From the NCBI GenBank assembly GCA_041640635.1, contig JBEPZX010000003.1:68540-92539 (forward strand): a stretch of DNA of 24,000 nucleotides, read 5' to 3'. Of the stretch, positions 17,016 to 24,000 are shown piece after piece. The DNA comes from Aquificaceae bacterium. GTDB taxonomy: Bacteria > Aquificota > Aquificia > Aquificales > Aquificaceae. The translations under genes were made by a program, and so were the position numbers. The notes under the pieces were generated by a model. That model made no database searches and was not told the DNA's origin. It saw only the letters and a list, made by a program, of their open reading frames with translations. Position 1 is the stretch's first letter, and every line of letters starts with the position of its first letter.

Positions 17016-18294
17016 CTTTGGTTTCCTCCTTCTGGACTTCTTTAACGATAGCCTTTTGCATTAATTCTTTGATAGCCTTTTCCCTCGCAATATCTCCCAT
17101 TACAACTGGTACCAGATTTTGGCTTTCGAAGTACACTTTTATGTTTTCTGCGCTTGTGTTGTTCATGGCTGCAAGTTCTTCGTACTTTTTCTGCAAATCT
17201 TCGTCACTTACATTAATGTTCTTACTTTGTGCATATTTGTCAAGTATTAATCTTAACTTGATATTGAAGATAGCCTGTGGTCTTACTTCTTCGGATAAAG
17301 CCTTAACGTTTACATGCTTTGGATCAATACCGTACTGAGCCAAGTAATTTAATCTTTGTGTTACCAAGCTTTCAATCTCTTTCGCAAGAAGGGTACGCGG
17401 AACTTCTATGTCGTGCATTTCTACTAACTTATGTGCAAGGGCATTCTCTATCGCTTGTTCTCTCATTTTCTCCAGATTTTCCTGTATGTTTTTTCTCAGT
17501 TTTTCCATAGCCTCTTGCAAAGTGTCTCCAAGACCAGCTTGCTTTGCCAAATCATCGTTTAGTTCTGGCAGAACTTTCTCTTTTATAGCTTTTATAGTGA
17601 CTCTGACGTTTGCCTTTCCAGCTTCTTTACCCTCAGTATCGTAAAGCGTCAAGTCTGTGAAACTGAGCTCCTCGCCCTCAGATCTACCTTCTAAAGAGGA
17701 GTCTATTTCTTCTCTAAACATTCTTTCGCCAACTACACCAGATGTTTCGCCCTGTGTCTTTTCACCAGAGCTCGTTTCTTCGATCTCATACTCTATAACA
17801 ACCAAGTCTCCCTTTTTGGTAGGTCTGTTTGCTGGTTCCCAAAGTGCGTGTTCTTCCCTAATTTTTTCCAATGCTTCTTCTACCATCTTTTCACTGAATT
17901 CTAGTTTGGGTATTTCAACTTCTACATTCTCAAGGTCTTTTAGTTCAAATTCTGGTATAACCTCAAAGGTTACAGTGTAAGAAACTTTTGGGGGGTTTTC
18001 TTGTAATTCTACACTTTCCAAATAGATGCTGGCTGCCGGCTTTAGTTTAGTCTCATTTATAGCTTTTTCTAAGGTGGCATCAGCAACTTTTTTCCCTACC
18101 TCTTCTCTTATTGACTCTTTGTAACGGCTCTTTATTATCCAGAGTGGGACCGTTCCCTTTCTAAAACCTTCTATTTGGGCATTTTCTTTTAAGTATTGAT
18201 AAACCTCGTTTAGAGCCTTTTCAACAATATCACCTTCTACGTTAACCGTTAAGGATTTGAAAAGGCCTTCTTTCTCTTGAACTGTTACTTTCAT
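16999..18294 (-). CDS. tig: Trigger factor
   Basis: 431 aa. The N-terminal ribosome-binding domain contains GFRKGTVP (the GFRxGxxP signature). An acidic middle and a C-terminal arm domain follow. The tig-clpP-clpX order is conserved. AGGAGG lies upstream of the ATG. Confidence 0.9.
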   Translation of the reverse strand: MKVTVQEKEGLFKSLTVNVEGDIVEKALNEVYQYLKENAQIEGFRKGTVPLWIIKSRYKESIREEVGKKVADATLEKAINETKLKPAASIYLESVELQENPPKVSYTVTFEVIPEFELKDLENVEVEIPKLEFSEKMVEEALEKIREEHALWEPANRPTKKGDLVVIEYEIEETSSGEKTQGETSGVVGERMFREEIDSSLEGRSEGEELSFTDLTLYDTEGKEAGKANVRVTIKAIKEKVLPELNDDLAKQAGLGDTLQEAMEKLRKNIQENLEKMREQAIENALAHKLVEMHDIEVPRTLLAKEIESLVTQRLNYLAQYGIDPKHVNVKALSEEVRPQAIFNIKLRLILDKYAQSKNINVSDEDLQKKYEELAAMNNTSAENIKVYFESQNLVPVVMGDIAREKAIKELMQKAIVKEVQKEETKDEGHT

Positions 18295-18314
18295 TTAATC
18301 CTCCTGAGTTTAAA

Positions 18315-18397
18315 TGCGGGTGGAGGGAGTCGAACCCTCACGGGTTATCCCCACGGGATCCTAAGTCCCGCGCGTCTGCCAATTCCGCCACACCCGC
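18315..18397 (-). tRNA. tRNA-Leu (anticodon TAG), type II with long variable arm
   Basis: Folded by hand from the reverse complement. The acceptor stem is GCGGGTG/CACCCGC and the D stem is 3 bp. The anticodon arm is CGGGA-CTTAGGA-TCCCG, and the variable arm is 14 nt. The T arm is GAGGG-TTCGACT-CCCTC and the discriminator is A. CCA is not encoded. Confidence 0.9.
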
Positions 18398-18410
18398 TTT
18401 AAGGTAATAA

Positions 18411-18416
18411 ATTATA
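18411..18416 (-). promoter_or_regulatory. -10 box TATAAT upstream of tRNA-Leu
   Basis: The minus strand reads gttTATAATttattaccttaaa, then the tRNA 5' end, 13 nt after the hexamer. This implies a leader of only about 6 nt. No clear -35 element. Confidence 0.35.
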
Positions 18417-18428
18417 AAACATTTACCT

Positions 18429-18434
18429 TAAAAT
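18429..18434 (+). promoter_or_regulatory. -10-like TAAAAT box 7 nt upstream of the cysS ATG
   Basis: The sequence is ccTTAAAATatttctcATG, with no Shine-Dalgarno sequence and no -35 element. Confidence 0.35.
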
Positions 18435-18441
18435 ATTTCTC

Positions 18442-19914
18442 ATGAGTGTACGCATATACAACACGTTAACTGGAAGAGTGGAGGAATTTGTACCAATAAA
18501 TCCCCCTAGGGTTAGTATATACACATGCGGTGTTACTGTTTACGATGACTCTCATGTAGGACACGGTAGAAGTTTGATAGTTTTTGATACATTTAGAAGA
18601 TACCTAGAATACTTGGGATACCACGTAAGATTCATAAGAAACTTTACTGACATAGATGACAAAATAATAAACAGAGCTAGGAGCGAATGCACAGATTTTA
18701 TGTCTATAGCCAACAGGTATATAGCTTCCTACTACCAAGATATGGAAGCAATAAGAGTGAAACCTGCCGACGTGGAACCAAGGGTTACAGAGCACATACA
18801 GGAGATTATACATGTCATACAAACGCTTATACAAAAAGGTTACGCCTATGTATCCGAAGGCGATGTTTACTTTGATGTCTCCTCTTTTCCTGAGTATGGA
18901 AAGCTCTCCAAAAGGAATGTGGAGGAACTTCAAGCTGGAGCGCGTATAGAACCCTCCGAGAAGAAAAAGGATCCTTTGGACTTTGCCCTCTGGAAAGCTG
19001 CAAAGGCTGGTGAACCTGCATGGGACTCACCTTGGGGACCTGGTAGACCTGGTTGGCACACAGAATGCGTAGCTATGATATTTAAACATCTAGGAGAGAC
19101 TATAGACATACACGGTGGTGGCTTAGATTTGGTCTTCCCTCACCATGAAAACGAGATAGCACAGGCAGAAGCTACCACAGGTAAACCTTTTGCTAGGTAT
19201 TGGATGCACAACGGTTTAGTGACCGTTGGTGGACAAAAGATGTCCAAATCACTCGGAAACTACGTGACACTAAAAGAGGTCTACACCAAGTATCATCCCG
19301 ATATACTGAGATTGTTGGTTTTATTTACACACTACAGAAGCCCATTGGATTTTTCATGGGAGAAAATGGAAGAGACAAAACGAGCTTATGAACGCATAAA
19401 AGATTCTTTACTAGACCTTGAAGTTTTAAAAAAACTATCCATAGTAGAATCTAAGGAAATACCAAAGCTCTATGAAAAGGTTAAACAAGTGGAGGAGTCT
19501 TTCTTTAAAGAACTCAGTGAAGATTTTAATACACCTGCTGCTCTATCTCACATATTTTCCCTTGTTACAGACCTAAACAAGATAAAAAACGCTGCCTTCG
19601 AAAGAAGAAGTTTACCCAGTAATGAACTTCAAGCTTATGAATTTGCGGTAAGATCCATTCTTAACAATATGAGAGGAATATTTGGTCTCTTTGAAGACAT
19701 ATATCCAACATGTGAGGTAAAAGAGACGGTAAAAAAAGAGTTATCTGCTGGAGAGGTGCTTGATGAAAAACTAATTAATCTTTTAATAGAAATTAGAGAG
19801 GCCGCAAGGAAAGAAAAGGTTTACAAAATAGCGGATTATATTAGAGATAAGCTCAAGGAAATGAATATAATACTTGAAGATACACCAGCGGGGACTAAAT
19901 GGAAAAGAGTGTAA
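18442..19914 (+). CDS. cysS: Cysteine--tRNA ligase
   Basis: 490 aa. It has the class I HIGH variant HVGHGRS, the KMSKS motif, the zinc and active-site context PGWHTEC, and FPHHENE. Confidence 0.95.
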   Translation: MSVRIYNTLTGRVEEFVPINPPRVSIYTCGVTVYDDSHVGHGRSLIVFDTFRRYLEYLGYHVRFIRNFTDIDDKIINRARSECTDFMSIANRYIASYYQDMEAIRVKPADVEPRVTEHIQEIIHVIQTLIQKGYAYVSEGDVYFDVSSFPEYGKLSKRNVEELQAGARIEPSEKKKDPLDFALWKAAKAGEPAWDSPWGPGRPGWHTECVAMIFKHLGETIDIHGGGLDLVFPHHENEIAQAEATTGKPFARYWMHNGLVTVGGQKMSKSLGNYVTLKEVYTKYHPDILRLLVLFTHYRSPLDFSWEKMEETKRAYERIKDSLLDLEVLKKLSIVESKEIPKLYEKVKQVEESFFKELSEDFNTPAALSHIFSLVTDLNKIKNAAFERRSLPSNELQAYEFAVRSILNNMRGIFGLFEDIYPTCEVKETVKKELSAGEVLDEKLINLLIEIREAARKEKVYKIADYIRDKLKEMNIILEDTPAGTKWKRV

Positions 19915-20771
19915 TACCTATATTACTAGATGGAAAGTCTCTTTCTGAAAAGATAAGGGAAGATATCAAAAAAGAAGTTGAAAGCTACACAAAGCTTGGC
20001 TACAGAAAACCTTCATTGGCTGTAGTTCTTGTTGGGAACGATCCTGCCAGCAAAGTGTATGTAGAAAACAAAAGAAAGGCCTGTGAAAAAGCTAACATAG
20101 AATCTTTGCTTTTCCATCTTCCAGAAAATACACAAACAGCTGAGCTTTTGGATCTAATAGCCGAGCTAAATGCCAATCAAAACGTAGATGGTATATTAGT
20201 CCAACTCCCTTTACCAAAACACATGGATGTAAATGAAGTCATACTTACCATATCACCACGAAAAGATGTGGATGGTTTCCATCCTGAAAATATGGGAAGG
20301 CTTGTTGGAAGGTTGGAGGATGGATTCATTCCATGTACACCTTTAGGAATAGATATTCTTTTGAAAAACTATGGAATAGATGTAAAGGGAAAAAATGTAA
20401 CCATTGTAGGTGCAGGCTTTATAGTAGGCAGACCTCTGGCACTTCTTATGCTTTGGAGGGATGCCACAGTTAGCGTATGCCATATACACACCAAAGATAT
20501 ATCTGAGTATACAAAAATAGCTGATATACTTGTTTCTGCTACAGGTGTGCCACATCTAATAAAAGCACATATGGTGAAGGAAGGAGCCATAGTTGTAGAT
20601 GTGGGAATCTCCAAGGTAAATGGTAAGATTGTAGGTGATGTAGATTTTGAAAGCGTTAAAGATAAAGTATATGCCATAACGCCAGTTCCAGGTGGTGTGG
20701 GACCGATGACAGTGAGCTCGTTACTTTTGAATACTCTAAAGGCTTATAAAAAACAACTAAAGTTAGAATGA
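19899..20771 (+). CDS. folD: Bifunctional 5,10-methylene-THF dehydrogenase / methenyl-THF cyclohydrolase
   Basis: 290 aa. It carries [33 protein letters not shown] and [10 protein letters not shown]. It overlaps the cysS end by 16 nt. Confidence 0.95.
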   Translation: MEKSVIPILLDGKSLSEKIREDIKKEVESYTKLGYRKPSLAVVLVGNDPASKVYVENKRKACEKANIESLLFHLPENTQTAELLDLIAELNANQNVDGILVQLPLPKHMDVNEVILTISPRKDVDGFHPENMGRLVGRLEDGFIPCTPLGIDILLKNYGIDVKGKNVTIVGAGFIVGRPLALLMLWRDATVSVCHIHTKDISEYTKIADILVSATGVPHLIKAHMVKEGAIVVDVGISKVNGKIVGDVDFESVKDKVYAITPVPGGVGPMTVSSLLLNTLKAYKKQLKLE

Positions 20772-22099
20772 ATCAAAAGGAGTGGAGTCCTTATAGAATC
20801 ATACTAGTGTCTTATCTATCCATAATTTTATTAGGCACACTAATGTTAAAACTACCTATATCGACTACAAAAGATATAAGTTTTTTGGATGCTTTCTTTA
20901 CTTCCACTTCTGCAGTAACCGTTACTGGATTGGTGGTTTTAGATACTGAGAAGGACCTTACTCTTTTTGGCAAATTTATCGTGCTTTCACTTATTCAGAT
21001 AGGTGGGCTTGGTTATCTAACTATTACTACGTATACGCTGGTTTTGTTGAGAAGAAAAGTAGGTTTAAAAGAAAGGCTGATTCTCTCTGAATCCATTAAC
21101 TATCCAGGAATATATGGACTCATACGCTTCTTTAAAAGAGTGGTGCCTGTAGTAGTGATACTAGAAATTTTGGGGTTTATAATGCTTATTCCTTCAATGT
21201 ATGACTATTCTAAGAACTTAGGTTTAACACTGTTTTACGCTTTGTTCCACTCTATTTCCGCTTTTAACAACGCAGGCTTTTCTACGTTTTCTAGTAATTT
21301 GGTAAATTTTAGAGCGGACACTTTGGTAAATTTAGTCGTGTGTTTTTTGGTAATTGTAGGAGGGATAGGTTTCTTTGTAGTATATGATTTAATTGCTAAG
21401 ATAAAGGGTGAAGTGATGCATATAAGTACACACACAAAACTTGTTATTGTAGCTTCCTTTTTTTTAATAATCCTAGGAGCTTTGGTAATTTTCATAGATC
21501 TTTACCATTGGCAAAACCTAAGTGTGAAGGAAAAAGTTTTGGCTTCCTTTTTCCATAGCGTAGTTTCCAGAACAGCAGGTTTTAACACCATAGATATATC
21601 TAAACTTTCAGAAGCTACGCTGTTTTTTATCGTAAATCTTATGTTTATAGGAGCATCCCCTGGTGGAACTGGAGGTGGTGTAAAAACTGTAACTATGAGT
21701 GTTATACTCGTAGCTGTGTATTCCTATATAAAAGGTCAAAGCGAAGTTGTTATATTCGAAAGGAGTATATCACAGAGTGTTATATACAAAGCTATGGTTA
21801 TTCTTAGTATAAGTTTTGCATACACAACCATATCGGCTCTAATTGTAAGTTGGATAGAGCACAAACCTTTGCTTCATTGTCTCTTTGAAGTAGTGTCTGC
21901 CTTTTCTACAGTAGGTTTATCTTTAGGAAATAGCAGTGGACTTCTTAGTTTATCAGCTGACTTTTCTTTAGTAGGAAAGTTAATCATCATCTTGACAATG
22001 ATAGTAGGAAGGATCGGTATCCTTAGTTTTATGTTTGCAATTAGTGGAAGGCAAAAAGTTAGCTTCTTAAAACATCCTGAAGCGAGGATACTGATATGA
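20768..22099 (+). CDS. trkH: Trk/Ktr-family K+ uptake membrane subunit (TrkH/KtrB)
   Basis: 443 aa and polytopic. Repeated pore-loop motifs are present: TSAVTVTGL, IQIGGLG, NNAGFS, RTAGFN, SPGGTGGGVK, TVGLSLG. The ATGA overlaps folD. Confidence 0.85.
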   Translation: MNQKEWSPYRIILVSYLSIILLGTLMLKLPISTTKDISFLDAFFTSTSAVTVTGLVVLDTEKDLTLFGKFIVLSLIQIGGLGYLTITTYTLVLLRRKVGLKERLILSESINYPGIYGLIRFFKRVVPVVVILEILGFIMLIPSMYDYSKNLGLTLFYALFHSISAFNNAGFSTFSSNLVNFRADTLVNLVVCFLVIVGGIGFFVVYDLIAKIKGEVMHISTHTKLVIVASFFLIILGALVIFIDLYHWQNLSVKEKVLASFFHSVVSRTAGFNTIDISKLSEATLFFIVNLMFIGASPGGTGGGVKTVTMSVILVAVYSYIKGQSEVVIFERSISQSVIYKAMVILSISFAYTTISALIVSWIEHKPLLHCLFEVVSAFSTVGLSLGNSSGLLSLSADFSLVGKLIIILTMIVGRIGILSFMFAISGRQKVSFLKHPEARILI

Positions 22100-22749
22100 A
22101 AGGAAGGGAAAAAATTTACGGTGTAGTTGGACTTGGAAAGTTTGGGTTTCATGTGGCTAGAAGGTTGGCAGAAGGCGGTGCAGAGATTATAGCGTGTGAT
22201 ATAGACCAAGAAAGAGTGCGTTTAATAAGCGATTACGTGACAAAAGCTTACACTTTGGATGCCACAGAAGAAAGAGCTCTCAAGGAATCGGGTATATACA
22301 CATCAGATGTGGTTATAGTAAGTATAGGTGAGAACATAGAAGCGAACACTTTGGTTGTGATGCAGCTTATGGATTTGGGAGTAAGGGAAATAATAGCTAA
22401 AGCCGTAAATGAACTTCACGGAAAACTTCTCCAAAAGCTTGGAGTGAGTAGAATAATTCATCCTGAAAGGGACATGGCAGAAAGGTTAGCCCACTCTCTG
22501 CTAGTAGGAGGTTTCCTAGAAGAGATTTCTTTAGCACCTGGTTACGGAATATATGAAATAAAACCTTCTTCTCGCATGTTAGATAAAAGCCTAAAGGATA
22601 TAGATTTAAGGAAGAGATACGGTTTAACAGTTTTACTAATCAAGAGAGGTGAGAACATGATAATAAATCCTTCAGGCAATGAAGTTATATTAGAAGGTGA
22701 TATACTTGTTGTTCTTGGAAAGGGTGAAAATTTACTGAAAATCGATTAA
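22096..22749 (+). CDS. trkA: Trk/Ktr-family K+ uptake regulatory subunit (RCK domain, TrkA/KtrA)
   Basis: 217 aa. It has the Rossmann motif VVGLGKFG, an RCK_N domain, and a C-terminal TrkA_C domain (GDILVVLG). The ATGA overlaps trkH. Confidence 0.85.
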   Translation: MKGREKIYGVVGLGKFGFHVARRLAEGGAEIIACDIDQERVRLISDYVTKAYTLDATEERALKESGIYTSDVVIVSIGENIEANTLVVMQLMDLGVREIIAKAVNELHGKLLQKLGVSRIIHPERDMAERLAHSLLVGGFLEEISLAPGYGIYEIKPSSRMLDKSLKDIDLRKRYGLTVLLIKRGENMIINPSGNEVILEGDILVVLGKGENLLKID

Positions 22750-22772
22750 AGCCTAATATAACTGAATAAAAC

Positions 22773-22801
22773 TTGATTATGGATAAGAAAAGATATATAA
22801 T
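22773..22801 (+). promoter_or_regulatory. Near-consensus sigma-70 promoter for tRNA-CAT, TTGATT-N17-TATAAT
   Basis: TTGATT at 22773-22778, a 17-nt spacer, and TATAAT at 22796-22801. The tRNA 5' end lies 16 nt downstream of the -10 box. Confidence 0.55.
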
Positions 22802-22817
22802 ATTTCATTGTTTTGTT

Positions 22818-22889
22818 GGGTGCGTAGCTCAATGGCAGAGCGGGCGGCTCATAACCGCCCGGTTGGGGGTTCGAGTCCTCCCGCACCCA
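22818..22889 (+). tRNA. tRNA with anticodon CAT (elongator Met or lysidine-modified Ile2; not initiator)
   Basis: Hand-folded. The acceptor stem is GGGTGCG/CGCACCC and the D arm is GCTC-AATGGCA-GAGC. The anticodon arm is GGCGG-CTCATAA-CCGCC. The T arm is GGGGG-TTCGAGT-CCTCC and the discriminator is A. Position 1:72 is a G:C pair and pair 29:41 is C:G, so the initiator hallmarks are absent. CCA is not encoded. Confidence 0.85.
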
Positions 22890-23366
22890 TTAATGAAAAA
22901 TCTTACCAACCAGATCACCAAACAAAGCAAAAGCACCTATTCTTGTAGCTCTTGCTATTACACTAGCCAGTAAAAAATTCCAAAAGGGCATCTTGAAGAT
23001 TCCAGAGAGCCAACAAAACAGCTTATAAGGTTCGCCAATTAATACAGCAAAGAAACCGTACCGGTTAAACAAGGCTTCGCCTTTTAAGTAAAGCTTTTCT
23101 CTAAAAATTTTCTTTACTACATTTTCGCCAAGAATCCTTGCCAAAAAGTAAGCAACTACAGCACCCAGTAAGTTACCAACAAAGGCTACAAAACCTGCAG
23201 TGTAAGGACTCAAACCGAAAAGTGAGGCGGAAGCTATAAAAGGGTAAGGCGGAATTGGTTGTATTACGGACTCACTAAAAGAGAGAATAAAGAGGGCTGT
23301 ATAGCCGTAATTTTGAACAAAGTCTTCTGCCCAAGCTTTCAAAGAAGGAAATAAGCTTTCGACCAT
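22890..23366 (-). CDS. DedA/YqaA-family (VTT/SNARE-associated domain) membrane protein
   Basis: 158 aa with about four hydrophobic segments. It carries FSESVIQPIPPYPF and a G-rich helix, FVGNLLGAVVAYFLAR, typical of short DedA/YqaA proteins. The stop codon directly abuts the tRNA 3' end. Confidence 0.7.
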   Translation of the reverse strand: MVESLFPSLKAWAEDFVQNYGYTALFILSFSESVIQPIPPYPFIASASLFGLSPYTAGFVAFVGNLLGAVVAYFLARILGENVVKKIFREKLYLKGEALFNRYGFFAVLIGEPYKLFCWLSGIFKMPFWNFLLASVIARATRIGAFALFGDLVGKIFH

Positions 23367-23975
23367 TTAAATCTCCATAACCATACCATCGTAAGCGGCA
23401 TACGTTTTTACGCCCGTTTCTTGAGAAATCTCCTGAGCTACTTTATCCGTATCGTAATTTTCTAAAAACTCCCATCCGAAATGGGTTATTACCGCTTTCT
23501 TTGGTTTTAACTCTCTTATTAATATCTTTGCCTCATCGACGGATAAGTGCTCGATATACTTAACCTTTTTATACAGTGTTGTATTTATAATCATAAGGTC
23601 CACGTTTTTTGGATACATTTCTAGCATCCTGTTTTCAAACAATGCACACGATACATACAATACACTGTTGTTAAACAACAAAGCATAGGTATCTGAATTA
23701 TGATGTCTGTGTTTCATTACAGCTTTTACCTTTATATCAAGGTACCTAAGCTCCTTTCCTTCTTCTAAAAAGCCTTCTAAGAAAAGTCTCTCTCTTATGA
23801 ATGGCAATACTACTCTGTTATCTCCATCAAAGGCTTCTCTAGGTGCAAATAAAGCTATGTGTCTTTTTTTCCCTCCATCCGTAGCAGACTCTATAACTGC
23901 ATTTATATCAGAAGAGTGATCCAGGTGTATGTGAGATAACACCACTAAGTCCAATTTTCTAATATCAAATTTCAT
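23367..23975 (-). CDS. Metallo-beta-lactamase-fold hydrolase (probably 5'-incomplete in this window)
   Basis: It has the HxHxDH motif (LSHIHLDHSSD) and later His/Asp ligand contexts (KHRHHNSDTY, VITHFG). Only about 15 residues precede HxHxDH, and the frame stays open upstream (..GCFVYLHQ-MKFD) to the window edge. The true start is therefore likely beyond 24000. Confidence 0.7.
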   Translation of the reverse strand: MKFDIRKLDLVVLSHIHLDHSSDINAVIESATDGGKKRHIALFAPREAFDGDNRVVLPFIRERLFLEGFLEEGKELRYLDIKVKAVMKHRHHNSDTYALLFNNSVLYVSCALFENRMLEMYPKNVDLMIINTTLYKKVKYIEHLSVDEAKILIRELKPKKAVITHFGWEFLENYDTDKVAQEISQETGVKTYAAYDGMVMEI

Positions 23976-24000
23976 TTGGTGAAGATAAACAAAACATCCA

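Noticed and set aside
17018-17980. Four plus-strand ORFs (63-107 aa) rich in Ser/Phe/Leu, lying opposite tig
   Set aside because: They are antisense shadows of a Glu/Lys-rich gene, where GAA/AAG codons read as TTC/CTT on the other strand. They have low-complexity composition and no start-site signals, and they lie fully inside a confidently called gene.
19054-19069. A sigma-54-like -24/-12 element, TGGCAC-N5-ATGC, inside cysS. Similar elements lie inside folD at 20437-20452 (plus strand, TGGCACTTCTTATGCT) and 20538-20553 (minus strand, TGGCAC-N5-TAGC)
   Set aside because: All three lie deep inside coding sequence, far from any downstream start, and one is antisense. The cysS copy encodes the conserved GWHTEC motif. 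Three near-matches to the relaxed GG-N10-GC pattern, all inside coding sequence, suggest it is not specific here. No such element occurs in any intergenic spacer.
22818-22889. tRNA-CAT as the initiator tRNA-fMet
   Set aside because: Position 1:72 is a G:C pair rather than a mismatch. The anticodon stem lacks the three consecutive G:C pairs, since pair 29:41 is C:G.
22773-22973. A 66-aa plus-strand ORF
   Set aside because: It reads straight through the tRNA-CAT gene and its promoter, and then antisense into the dedA-like gene.
1-24000. A novel multi-gene accessory or defence system, CRISPR array, mobile element or prophage fragment
   Set aside because: I found no direct-repeat arrays, transposase, integrase or phage-like ORFs, or terminal inverted repeats. 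Every long ORF that is not an antisense shadow fits a housekeeping family. The only unassigned ORF is 70 aa.

Overview
This window looks like a tightly packed, AT-rich core-genome segment from an Aquificae-type thermophile, probably Aquificaceae. That assignment is an inference from gene content, mainly a HARP-type RNase P and bioW. I call 24 protein genes and 2 tRNAs. My tally of the gaps is about 660 nt, so roughly 97% of bases lie inside genes. The plus-strand block 1610-9909 holds hemN, an orphan Opp/Dpp-type ABC ATPase, a CNNM/CorC-type protein, rpoN, an HDAC-family deacetylase, a 70-aa membrane ORF and clpC. Next come a C-N hydrolase (minus) and a sodium:solute symporter (plus). A minus-strand array at 18397-12290 then runs tRNA-Leu, tig, clpP, clpX, skp, lpxD, an MqnA/MqnD-family protein and the HARP gene. 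It is followed by cysS-folD-trkH-trkA (plus), tRNA-CAT (plus), and dedA-like and MBL-fold genes (minus). bioW and a GT2 glycosyltransferase sit at the left edge. I found no CRISPR array, mobile element, rRNA, prophage gene or cluster of unassignable genes. Every long non-shadow ORF fits a housekeeping family, so I cannot support a claim of a new multi-gene system here. Four things merit a second look. The first is the protein-only RNase P (HARP), a known family that is often mis-annotated. The second is a recurrent TAAAAT box 7-9 nt upstream of the ATG of genes that follow an intergenic gap and have no Shine-Dalgarno sequence, which suggests leaderless mRNAs. The third is a short sigma-54 with a glutamine-free region I. 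The fourth is a set of small junction oddities: a 20-bp divergent spacer, a tRNA abutting a convergent stop codon, and an inverted repeat over a -10 box. All functional calls rest on motif recognition by eye; I ran no searches.
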